Part shown: positions 1 through 8,793 of the stretch, in pieces | How positions within the stretch are numbered: position 1 is the stretch's first letter | How the letters are laid out: each line of letters begins with the position of its first letter | Assembly: GCA_035292445.1 (NCBI GenBank) | Contig: DATDQB010000003.1 | Span: 9,692-73,691, forward strand | DNA: 64,000 nt | Source: Candidatus Omnitrophota bacterium | GTDB lineage: Bacteria > Omnitrophota > Gorgyraeia > Zapsychrales > Zapsychraceae | Direction of reading: 5' to 3' | Program-made: the position numbers and the translations under genes | The notes under the pieces: generated by a model | Told to the model about the DNA's origin: nothing | Databases searched by the model: none | The model's input: the letters and a program-made list of their open reading frames with translations, nothing else

Positions 1-940
1 GCTGGTTCTGCAGGCGGATGATGGCCTCCCTTGATGTCAGCGCGTGGATGGTGCCCATGCAGTATTTGCCGATGTTGCAGGCGGTGATCATGTCCTTGGC
101 TTCTTCCCCGCGCACCTCCCCGACGATAATGCGCTCGGGCCTCATGCGCAGGCTGTTTTTGACCAGATCCGCCAGCGACACCTGCTCATCGCTTTCCAGG
201 CGAGAACAGCTTTCTTCCAAAAACGTGTTCAGCTCGAGGGTATCTTCGATGACGACCATCCGGTCCGTCTCCGGGATAAAACCAAACAAAGCGTTCAATA
301 AAGTCGTCTTGCCCACGCCCGGGCCGCCGGCGATGATGATGTTGGCCGGGCGTATCGACATCCCTTCGATATACAGCCACAGCTGGGCAGCGACATCGTA
401 CGTCATGGTTCCCTGGTGGATCAAATCAAGGATGCTCAGCGGAGACATCTTGGCCTTGGTGATCGTCAACTGGGGCCCGAACGGCGAAAAAGCGATATTG
501 ACCCGCCCTTCAAGGTTCGGCAATTCCAAATTCATCAGTTTCTGCCGGGCCTTGCGCCCCGAAAACAGCAATAATTTGCTGATAAACAGATCAAGCTCGT
601 GGCTGCTTCTAAAGCGTTTCCCTGTTGACACGTACCCTTTTTGGGCATGATGCATGTAAATGGGGTTCAAGTGATTAATAATGATATCCTCCACGCTGAA
701 ATCGCATAAAACATCCGTGACAATGCCGTAGGAAAGGAAATCCTTGATGAATTTCAGGCACTCCTCGGGGGTGCTGAAGCGGTCCTTAAAGTGCTTGAAC
801 TCTCCCCGGCGCAGCACCTCGGACAAGGCGGAATCGACAAACTCCTCCCGTTCTTTCTGCGGCTGCAGGAGATTCAATTTCCCGTGCAGCTCATCGATCA
901 AGCGAAACTCCAGATCCATTAAATCTTTTTCTTGGTCCAT
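1..940 (-). CDS. CpaF/TadA/FlaI-type (type II/IV secretion family) ATPase, C-terminus runs off window edge
   Basis: Reverse-strand translation from the ATG at complement 940 gives MDQEKDLMDLEF...IIIAGGPGVGKTTLLNALFGFIPETDRMVVIEDTLEL...RIIVGEVRGEEA. This contains a Walker A (GPGVGKTT) and the Asp/Glu box typical of TadA/CpaF secretion ATPases. The frame has no stop inside the window, so it is absent from the ORF track. Confidence 0.8.
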   Translation of the reverse strand, partial: MDQEKDLMDLEFRLIDELHGKLNLLQPQKEREEFVDSALSEVLRRGEFKHFKDRFSTPEECLKFIKDFLSYGIVTDVLCDFSVEDIIINHLNPIYMHHAQKGYVSTGKRFRSSHELDLFISKLLLFSGRKARQKLMNLELPNLEGRVNIAFSPFGPQLTITKAKMSPLSILDLIHQGTMTYDVAAQLWLYIEGMSIRPANIIIAGGPGVGKTTLLNALFGFIPETDRMVVIEDTLELNTFLEESCSRLESDEQVSLADLVKNSLRMRPERIIVGEVRGEEAKDMITACNIGKYCMGTIHALTSREAIIRLQNQ

Positions 941-1020
941 AAGGGGATCGTCCTATGAATTGCTAATTTATCACTCCTGAAGGTGCTTGTAAACCCAAAT
1001 AGCTGTTTGTTTTTGCGCCT

Positions 1021-3657
1021 CTACGGCGCGGTGATGACCGTAACGGCCTTGCTAAAATCCAAATATGTCCTGGCGAGGCGTTGGATGTCTTCGGGCGTAA
1101 CGGCGCCGATCTTCTTTTCATAATTCTTATGCTCTTCATACCCCAGCCCGTAAAGCTCATCCAGGCCGGATGTGAAAGACAGCGCGTCGTTGGTTTCCAA
1201 GCCCGCCTTAAAATTCCCTTTCAAATACGTTTTGATGTCCTCCACCTCTTGAAGCGGGGCGAGCTCTTCCTGAAGCAGGCGGATCTCTTTTCGAATGATC
1301 TGTTCGATCGTTTCAACCGCTTCTTTCTCGGTCAACACATAAAAGGCGATCAATCCCGTGTCCAGACCCGGCATCTGGTAATCCCCCATCGTATACGCCT
1401 TGCCCAATTCTTCGCGGATGCTGTTGAAAAGCCTGCCGCTGAAGGAAGAGCCCATGTAGGTCCCCAGCACCTCCAGGCCGTAACGGTCCGGATGGTACAT
1501 ATCGACGCCGTGAAACCCGATCATCACCAACGCCTGCTCCTTGTTGAGCTGCACAGCGATGCGCTTGGGCTCGCGGATGAGTTCTTCTTCGTGCTTTTCA
1601 AAAACAACGTCTTTTCGTTTAAGGCTTCCCAGGAATGATCTCAGCTGGGCCAATACCTCCGGCGGATCGATATCGCCAAAGACACTGACCACCATATTGT
1701 TGGGGACGGCCCAATCGCTATAATAGGCCGCGATATCCTTTTGCTCGATAAGCACGAGCGTTTCGTTTGTCCCAAGACTATCCATACGATAGGGATGCTT
1801 TTCAAAAAGGTTCTTTCTCAGCGCAAAGCTTGTCAGGGGGAAAATGTTTTCATCCCGCTGGCGGATGGCTTTGAGCATGTCTTCTTTCTTCCTTTTGATC
1901 TCATCCGCAGGAAAAACCGGCTGTGTGATAATTTTGCCCAGCAGATCAAGGGCTGTCTTGGTGTCCTGCGACAACAGGCTCATGGAAAGGCCGAAACTGT
2001 TGTTGCCGGCGTAAGCGCTCAGATCGATCCCCAAGCCTTCGGTCATCTCTTCGATCTGTTGGGACGATAGCGACTTGGTCCCCTTGGTCCACACATGCGC
2101 CATCAATTGCGACACGCCGTTTATCGATGGCGGTTCTTTGATGAGCCCGCCTTTGAACATGACCCGCACCGATACCAACGGGAACGTCGCGTCTTTCCTT
2201 AACAAAATGCTGATGCCGTTATCCAGGGTGACTTTTTGTATCTCTTCCTGGGCAGCCTCCGGTTGCGGCAACGGCGTTTCATCTTGCTGGCCCGCCGGCT
2301 TCAACACGGTGACGCTCAAACGCTCGGGGCGAAGATAGGCGCGGGCCACCCGCTGGATGTCTTGTGTTTTGACCTTTTTGATTTCCTCAACGTATTTCTG
2401 CGAAAAAGTATAATCCCCCGCGAACGTTTCATCAACGGCCTGATGCCAGGCGACGCTGGAGGCCTTTTGGTTGCCCTTAATGTAATCGCTCAACACTTGC
2501 CGCTGCGCCTTCTCCAGTTCGGCCTTGGTGACGCCTTTGGATTTAAGAGTATCGACCTCCTGCCAAACGGTCGTTTCGATTTCCTTCACGTTCTTCGTTT
2601 CGCACAGGGCTTCGACTTCGAACAACCCCGGATCAACCGGCGTGTAGTTGCTGGCGTACACGGAATAGGCGATGCCTTTTTCTTTATACAATTTCTGATA
2701 AAGCCGCGAGCTTTCGCCCTGGCCCATAACAACCGCCAGCACATCCAGCGCGTACATATCTTCGTTCAAGAGGCTCACCCCCTGAAACGCCATGGACAGC
2801 CGCGCCAGGTCCGTTGGATACTCTTCCTCAAAACGCCGCGCGCTGATCTGCGGCGGCTCCTGCGGCACAATATCCAACACGAAAGGCTGCCGGGGAATGC
2901 TGTTTAATTTTTCGATGATCTTACCCTTGATCTCTTCGGTCTTGATATTTCCGGCAACGGAAAGAATGATATTATTGGGGGCGTAATGCTGTTTGTAATA
3001 CTGCCACAGCTCCTCGCGGGTGATCCGGCCGAAGAGATCCTCGTAACCGATAACAGGATGGCGGTAGGTGTGCTTGAGGTAACTGTTTTGAAAGGCGAGC
3101 CGGCCCAGCCACGAGTCCGGATTGTCCTTGTGCAGGCGCATCTCGGCAAAAATGACGTCCCTTTCCTTTTCCACTTCTTGAGGGTCGATCGGCGCGTTGA
3201 ATAACATACCGGTGAGCGTATCCAATGCCATTTCAAAATGGTCGTTGGGGACATTGACCGTGTAAATGGTGAAATCCTGGCCTGTGGAAGCGTTGATGTT
3301 TCCGCCTACGGCCTGGACTTTAGCAGCCAATGCGCCGCCGGGCTGGCCGTGGGCCCCCTGAAAGAGCATATGTTCGAGAAAATGAGAAATGCCGCTGCCG
3401 ACGAACTCCCCTTCCCTGGCAGAGCCGGTGCGCACGAGCCCGTACACGGAAACCATGGGGCTCGTTGGCATCTCGCTTATGAGGACGACCAACCCGTTGT
3501 CGAGAACGAACCGCTGCGAAGGGCCAGCGGCCCAAAGTGACGAGACAAAGGCGCCGCCTACAAAGATAAAAGCCAATAACGCGCTCGTTAAGAAGCGCTT
3601 ATTGCTTTTTCTTTTTATGATATTCTTCCAGAAGTTTTCTGATGTCGGTTTCGGCAT
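1021..3657 (-). CDS. secreted M16 (pitrilysin/insulinase) family zinc peptidase, tandem M16 units
   Basis: 878 aa. N-terminal signal/TM (LLAFIFVGGAFVSSLWAAG). Inverted zinc motif HFLEHMLFQG (HxxEH) with downstream E. Length is consistent with a duplicated M16 active/inactive half pair. Confidence 0.85.
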   Translation of the reverse strand: MPKPTSENFWKNIIKRKSNKRFLTSALLAFIFVGGAFVSSLWAAGPSQRFVLDNGLVVLISEMPTSPMVSVYGLVRTGSAREGEFVGSGISHFLEHMLFQGAHGQPGGALAAKVQAVGGNINASTGQDFTIYTVNVPNDHFEMALDTLTGMLFNAPIDPQEVEKERDVIFAEMRLHKDNPDSWLGRLAFQNSYLKHTYRHPVIGYEDLFGRITREELWQYYKQHYAPNNIILSVAGNIKTEEIKGKIIEKLNSIPRQPFVLDIVPQEPPQISARRFEEEYPTDLARLSMAFQGVSLLNEDMYALDVLAVVMGQGESSRLYQKLYKEKGIAYSVYASNYTPVDPGLFEVEALCETKNVKEIETTVWQEVDTLKSKGVTKAELEKAQRQVLSDYIKGNQKASSVAWHQAVDETFAGDYTFSQKYVEEIKKVKTQDIQRVARAYLRPERLSVTVLKPAGQQDETPLPQPEAAQEEIQKVTLDNGISILLRKDATFPLVSVRVMFKGGLIKEPPSINGVSQLMAHVWTKGTKSLSSQQIEEMTEGLGIDLSAYAGNNSFGLSMSLLSQDTKTALDLLGKIITQPVFPADEIKRKKEDMLKAIRQRDENIFPLTSFALRKNLFEKHPYRMDSLGTNETLVLIEQKDIAAYYSDWAVPNNMVVSVFGDIDPPEVLAQLRSFLGSLKRKDVVFEKHEEELIREPKRIAVQLNKEQALVMIGFHGVDMYHPDRYGLEVLGTYMGSSFSGRLFNSIREELGKAYTMGDYQMPGLDTGLIAFYVLTEKEAVETIEQIIRKEIRLLQEELAPLQEVEDIKTYLKGNFKAGLETNDALSFTSGLDELYGLGYEEHKNYEKKIGAVTPEDIQRLARTYLDFSKAVTVITAP

Positions 3658-4132
3658 TGCGGGCGATCTGGGAACAGATAAAAATCAACAATGAAAACGG
3701 CCACACATCCTCCGGGCCGGCAATGAGCCCGGTCTTGACGTTTTCTTTCTGCTGCAACAGGCTTTCATAATGCTTGATGGCCGTTGAAAGTTTTCCCCCG
3801 TAGACTTCCAGCGAAACGGTGCGGTTGTCGTAACGGAATGACGGCACGCTCACCCCCCGCACCAACAAAAAATTCATCATGGTATTTTCGTTGAACGCCA
3901 ATTCCTCGAATTCAAATCCTTTGAACTGCGGGTTGTTCGGCGGCACGATCAACGTCGGCTTCTCCACAACAACTTCTCCTTGGCGGACCACCGTATCCCC
4001 CATGTTAACGCTGGACTCTGACAAAAGGATATACGGGACATAGGTCGCCCCGGTCGTCATCAACGCCTGCACGCGGGCACGGATGATCTCCGTATTTCTT
4101 AACGCCTTTTCCCAAGCTTGTTCGATGCTCAT
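3599..4132 (-). CDS. hypothetical protein
   Basis: 177-aa ORF. Its 3' end overlaps the annotated start of the M16 gene by 59 bp. No recognisable motif. Confidence 0.4.
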   Translation of the reverse strand: MSIEQAWEKALRNTEIIRARVQALMTTGATYVPYILLSESSVNMGDTVVRQGEVVVEKPTLIVPPNNPQFKGFEFEELAFNENTMMNFLLVRGVSVPSFRYDNRTVSLEVYGGKLSTAIKHYESLLQQKENVKTGLIAGPEDVWPFSLLIFICSQIARNAETDIRKLLEEYHKKKKQ

Positions 4133-4235
4133 GGTTTAACTTTTAATGGCGTTCTGCTTCGCCAAACAGCTTTCGCGTTTGGCTTCGCAGAACGTTCTTC
4201 GAAGCCCCGAGCGAAAGCATCGGGGCGAAGAAGAA

Positions 4236-4322
4236 CGGAGAGGGTGAGATTCGAACTCACGAGCCACTTGCGTAGCCACACGCCTTCCAAGCGTGCTCTT
4301 TCAACCGCTCAGACACCTCTCC
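4236..4322 (-). tRNA. tRNA-Ser (anticodon GGA)
   Basis: The reverse complement folds as a cloverleaf: GGAGAGGTGTCTGAGCGGTTGAAAGAGCACGCTTGGAAGGCGTGTGGCTACGCAAGTGGCTCGTGAGTTCGAATCTCACCCTCTCCG. Acceptor pair GGAGAGG/CCTCTCC, anticodon loop TTGGAAG, long variable arm, T-loop GTTCGAATC. No encoded CCA. Confidence 0.85.
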
Positions 4323-4593
4323 TTACAATATTTTTGAATTTAGAAAAAGGAGAGGTTGTCCCCGCTTCCTAAAATTATTTATTAGATAAACGGGGGCACC
4401 TCTCCCTATATATTTAATATTAATACTAAATGCCCCACCAGACCTAACACTATACCATAAATTCTTGTAACTGCAACCATTCTACACAGTTAACCATATT
4501 TTTAAATGCGCCCTCATTTGCCATTTTCCCGAATCTACGTTGTGAACAAATTTTTATTATTCTCACTTACACTTATCTTATTTATGAACTAAA

Positions 4594-6243
4594 ATGATTT
4601 TTATGAGATACGCCAAGCCCCTTCCGCTCATTCTTATCGCCTCTTTACTGCTTAAATTATTCTACTGGTGGGAACTGACCCTTAATCCCCTGCCGAAAAT
4701 TGCCATTATTGATGAAACCTACGACCAATCCCGTTTCTATCAAGCGGCCATAGGAATATTGTCCGGTGACTGGCTGGCCTCCAGCGCCAACTGGTTCTCC
4801 CCCGTTTATTCTTATTTTATCGCCCTGATTTTAAAAATAACAGGGGCCGATTTCTATCATGTCTTATTGGTCCAAACACTTATTGGCTGGATAGGCATCA
4901 TCCTTATCTACAAAAGCGTTCAAATTCTTTTTAAAGACGCCCGGCTGGCTCTGCTGAGCGCTTGTCTTTTTGCGTTTTACGCTCCCTTTACTTTTTATGA
5001 AGGCATCCTCAACAGGGACATTCTCATCACCTACGGGTATTTATTCAGTTTTTATGCCGCTCTAAAAACGATTGAAAATAAAAAATCAATTTGGTTAGTG
5101 ATGGCTGCCTTTTCTTTAGGGTTAACCATGGTCCTGCGCGGGCATGTTTTACCGCTTCTGCTCGGTATTTATCTGCCCCATAGCATGGGTGGATCCTGGT
5201 CACAAAAATGTCGCCACATCATTCTTTTTGTGCTTATCTTCACCCTGACACTTGCGCCTTTCTGGTTACGCGATCAATTATTGAGCAAAAAAACTTCTGT
5301 ATCTTCTCAAGGTTTTTCTGTCTTTTGGGTTGGCAACACCTATGAGTCGTCGGGCCTTGACGTGTATCGCACGCCTTTAAGAGAATCCTTGACGCAAGAA
5401 ACTGAAGAGAACCTGTTTAAAGCGGTTAAGATCTTCATCCGGGAGATCAAAAAACACCCCCGGGAATACCAATACCTTTATCTGCGTAAATTCTACATGC
5501 TCTTTAACAGTTACGAGATCCCGGCTAACATGAGCTTTGATCAGGCTAACGAGAATTCAAGAATATTAAGATTTTTCATTATTAACGCTTCCTTCGTTCT
5601 GCCCCTGGCGTTATTGGGTATGTTTTTATGTTGGGCCAAAAGAAAAGAATGTGCCCTCCTTTATCTGTTTACCGTAATTTTACTTCTGGGCGTAGTTCTA
5701 TTCCACGTTCAAGCCAGATATCGCTTACCGGCCATCCCCTATCTGATCATTTTTGCAGCATATAGCTTGTCTTGGCTATTGCGAACCATCTATCAACGCC
5801 GGATCCTCTTATGCGCCGGCGGATTGTGCTTGTGGTCATTGTTTTCCGCTTTTACCTCGCCGGCCGATGAATTTATCAAGAGATGTTTCATCTCCCACAT
5901 CAGGCCATCCGATTACTTAAACCTGGCTATCGCCTACTATTTTGAATACAGTAGCAACCAAAACCTGCTTAATAACGAAAAAAAAGATTTTATTTTGCAA
6001 AAAGTCTCTGTCAATCTGGAGCAGGCAATCAAATATTGGCCCGCCCAAGATAAAAAATTCATATCCGAAATCTCGACCATGCTCGGTGATATTTATTGGA
6101 TACGGGGAAAACGAAAAGAAGCATTAGCGACCTTTGAAAAAGCGCTGTTACTTAATCCCAACAGCGCTGACTTAAGGCGCTCCGTTGAATTCATGAAAGG
6201 ATTCGGAGTTCTCCCTGATAAAAAAATTAACGTTACGCTGTGA
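4594..6243 (+). CDS. GT-C fold membrane glycosyltransferase (PMT_2/ArnT, GT39/GT83-like) with C-terminal TPR
   Basis: 549 aa. More than 10 predicted TM helices with an early lumenal loop DE-type motif (IIDETYD). C-terminal soluble TPR-like segment (ATFEKALLLNPNSADLRR). Confidence 0.65.
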   Translation: MIFMRYAKPLPLILIASLLLKLFYWWELTLNPLPKIAIIDETYDQSRFYQAAIGILSGDWLASSANWFSPVYSYFIALILKITGADFYHVLLVQTLIGWIGIILIYKSVQILFKDARLALLSACLFAFYAPFTFYEGILNRDILITYGYLFSFYAALKTIENKKSIWLVMAAFSLGLTMVLRGHVLPLLLGIYLPHSMGGSWSQKCRHIILFVLIFTLTLAPFWLRDQLLSKKTSVSSQGFSVFWVGNTYESSGLDVYRTPLRESLTQETEENLFKAVKIFIREIKKHPREYQYLYLRKFYMLFNSYEIPANMSFDQANENSRILRFFIINASFVLPLALLGMFLCWAKRKECALLYLFTVILLLGVVLFHVQARYRLPAIPYLIIFAAYSLSWLLRTIYQRRILLCAGGLCLWSLFSAFTSPADEFIKRCFISHIRPSDYLNLAIAYYFEYSSNQNLLNNEKKDFILQKVSVNLEQAIKYWPAQDKKFISEISTMLGDIYWIRGKRKEALATFEKALLLNPNSADLRRSVEFMKGFGVLPDKKINVTL

Positions 6244-6255
6244 TACGCAAAGAAA

Positions 6256-6921
6256 TCATTTCTTGGTGAACACAACGACGTTCAGATGGGGGAATTCGCA
6301 GTGCCAATCCAACCACTTGGCGACCCAAAGGAATGTTTGCTGCCGAAAGAAACAGATGTGCGTCGGCTCTTTAAGATACCACCAATTCGAAAAAGGCTCT
6401 TTCTCCTGCCAAACCTCGGTCATGACGGCGATCGTGCCTCCCGCCCTTAAGAGGCGCTCCCATAAAATAAAACTTTCCCGGGGGAAACGTAAATGTTCGA
6501 GGACCTCCGTGCAGGTGATAAAATCGTATTGGCGTTCCAGTAATTTTTTCTCCGGAAAATAAAACGGGTCATAATCAAAGACCCTCAACCCTTCTTTTTT
6601 TAAGATGGCACTGACCGTCGGCCCTGGCCCGCAGCCGAAATCGAGGCCCTCCCATCCCGGCTTGAGCCGCCACAGCAAGGGGCCGGTCAGCTTTGATAAA
6701 AATTTGACATACGCTTCATCATCAGGACTGTTCTCATGAAGGTCATATCTTTCCTTTTCCCGCGCCGGGTCCAAATGAAAAGGACTCGGCACGAAGATCA
6801 AGAAGCAACGTGGGCAATGGTAATAATCTTTTTTTACACCTCCGGAGGGTTTCACCACGGCGTAAAGAGAAATTTCATCGTTTTGACATAATGGGCATTG
6901 TTGCGCCTGTGTTACGGTCAT
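6256..6921 (-). CDS. class I SAM-dependent methyltransferase with N-terminal CxxC zinc ribbon
   Basis: Motif I LDFGCGPG. Acidic motif II region (VFDYD). N-terminal CPLC...CPRC. 4-bp overlap with the downstream TPR/GT-C gene. Confidence 0.8.
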   Translation of the reverse strand: MTVTQAQQCPLCQNDEISLYAVVKPSGGVKKDYYHCPRCFLIFVPSPFHLDPAREKERYDLHENSPDDEAYVKFLSKLTGPLLWRLKPGWEGLDFGCGPGPTVSAILKKEGLRVFDYDPFYFPEKKLLERQYDFITCTEVLEHLRFPRESFILWERLLRAGGTIAVMTEVWQEKEPFSNWWYLKEPTHICFFRQQTFLWVAKWLDWHCEFPHLNVVVFTKK

Positions 6922-8792
6922 TTATTCAATTCCTCAACATACCCCGGGTCCGCCTGGTAGCCCAGATCAAGGGCTTTTTGAAGATAATGCCTGGCTTGAT
7001 TGATATCGTCCAACTTGTAATAAGAATAAGACAAATTATAATACGCGGCGGCAAAATGAGGATCGAGCGCAACCGCTGACTTGAAATCCCTGATGGCGAT
7101 CGTGAATTCTCCGAGAGTATTATATGTCGCCCCGCGGTTGTTGTACGCCTTGGCATAGTTGGGGTCGAAGAAAACAGCTTTCGTAAAATCTTCCAGGGCT
7201 TCTTCGGTCTTCCCCAAGAACAAATAAACTGTTCCCCGCTCATTATAACTTTCCGGATGGCTGGGATTCATTTCGAGCGCTTTGTTCAAGTCGTTTAACG
7301 CTCTTGTGTACTCTTTCATTTTGGCGTATTGCGTCCCGCGGTTGTGGTAAGCGTTGAAATAATACGGGTCCAGATCCAGCGCTTTGTTGAAATCCTGGAG
7401 CGCCTTGAGATGCTGCCCCAGCCGCATATAAGAAACGCCGCGGTTGTTGAACGCTTCGCTGTTGTCGGGCGCCAGCAAGAACACTTTCTCGTATTGCGCG
7501 ATCGCTTTTTCGTATTCTCCCTGCTGCGCGTACGCCACACCGAGATTCAAATTCGGATTGACCATCCGCGGTGATTTCTGGACGTTATCCGACCAGAATG
7601 TGACAGGGTCCGACCAGGTCTTGTTGCGCTGATAGGTCAAAAACGACAAAACCAATACCGCCAGGCCCACCAGAAAAATAGCGACTTTCCTGTTAAAGGT
7701 AAAAACCACGGCGCTTAGGGCCAGAAAAATGCCGATGGACGGCAGGTACGTGCGGTGCTCGAAAATGACATGGCCGATGACGATGGCGCTGGACTCGATC
7801 GAAAGAGTGATGAAAAACCACAGCAACCCAAAGCCGATCAGCCGATTGAATTTCAGCATCCCGATGGCAAAGGCCAGCAGAAAACACACCATCAACATGC
7901 TGAAAGCGGTCTCGGGCTCCTGCAGGCTGGTGGACATCGGATAATCATAAATAAAATTCTGCTTCAAAGGGAACACCAACAATTTTAAATATGTCAGGAT
8001 GACGCGAAACTGCGTCAAAAAGTAAGTCATGGGCGTCAGGATATCCCCGATATGGGAACTTGATGGCCGCTCAACGGAGAAAAGCCCGGCCACGTTAAAA
8101 GAATAGTACGCGGGAATAGAAAGCGCGATGGCAACAGGAACGGCCCAAAGCAGCCATTTCCTCCGCTTTGTTCCGGGAAAAAATATTTGATCATACACGA
8201 TGATCATGACCGGTAGCGTGAGGGCGATCTGCTTGCTTAAGACAGCTCCGGCACAGCCAAGGAATACGCCCAATAGATACCCCCATTGCTTCTTGAGCCG
8301 AAACGCGGCGTAGAAACACAGCGTCAACACGTAAAAAAGCGTTGCCAAGGACGTAAAACGCTGGCAAATGTAGGTAACGGATTGGGTCGCCAGCGGATGT
8401 ACCAGGAACAATAACGCGGCGGCGAATGAGGCCGCAGGCGCATGGCGGGCGATCGCTTTCTCGCGCAAGAGCGGAGATCGCATCGTCAGATAAGCGAACC
8501 ACCACACCAGGCCGGCATTAAGGATATGGATCGCCACGTTGACAACGTGATAGCCAAAGACATCCAACTGGTAGAAATGGTAGTTGAGCGCGAAGCTTAA
8601 GAAAGGAATGAACCGAAGCGGCGCGTAGCTTCCCCAGAAAATGGTGCTGATATTATCGAGATGCTTAAGGGACGGGTTGCGGACGATATAATAGATATCG
8701 TCGAAAACAAACGGGCTGTGGAAGGCGTTGGAATAAACGGCCACCCCCAGCCCCAGGAGGATAAAAATTTTTAAGGGCGTTGCCCATCTCAT
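6918..8792 (-). CDS. TMTC-like (DUF1736/PMT_2) membrane protein O-mannosyltransferase-type GT-C with about 7 C-terminal TPR repeats
   Basis: 624 aa. N-terminal motif FVFDDIYYIVRNP...YHVVNVAIHILNAGLVWW is shared with the paralogs at 20218 and 22551. Multiple TM helices. C-terminal TPR units (NLGVAYAQQGEYEKAIAQYEKVFLLAPDNSEAFNNRG...). Confidence 0.75.
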   Translation of the reverse strand: MRWATPLKIFILLGLGVAVYSNAFHSPFVFDDIYYIVRNPSLKHLDNISTIFWGSYAPLRFIPFLSFALNYHFYQLDVFGYHVVNVAIHILNAGLVWWFAYLTMRSPLLREKAIARHAPAASFAAALLFLVHPLATQSVTYICQRFTSLATLFYVLTLCFYAAFRLKKQWGYLLGVFLGCAGAVLSKQIALTLPVMIIVYDQIFFPGTKRRKWLLWAVPVAIALSIPAYYSFNVAGLFSVERPSSSHIGDILTPMTYFLTQFRVILTYLKLLVFPLKQNFIYDYPMSTSLQEPETAFSMLMVCFLLAFAIGMLKFNRLIGFGLLWFFITLSIESSAIVIGHVIFEHRTYLPSIGIFLALSAVVFTFNRKVAIFLVGLAVLVLSFLTYQRNKTWSDPVTFWSDNVQKSPRMVNPNLNLGVAYAQQGEYEKAIAQYEKVFLLAPDNSEAFNNRGVSYMRLGQHLKALQDFNKALDLDPYYFNAYHNRGTQYAKMKEYTRALNDLNKALEMNPSHPESYNERGTVYLFLGKTEEALEDFTKAVFFDPNYAKAYNNRGATYNTLGEFTIAIRDFKSAVALDPHFAAAYYNLSYSYYKLDDINQARHYLQKALDLGYQADPGYVEELNK

Positions 8793-8793
8793 C

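Noticed and set aside
18-650. 210-aa plus-strand ORF at the left edge
   Set aside because: It is antisense to the TadA/CpaF-type ATPase gene, which has clear Walker A and secretion-ATPase motifs on the minus strand. Its composition is shadow-ORF-like (Ser/Met/Leu-rich, no motifs).
2236-2907. 223-aa plus-strand ORF
   Set aside because: Antisense to the M16 peptidase, with no motifs.
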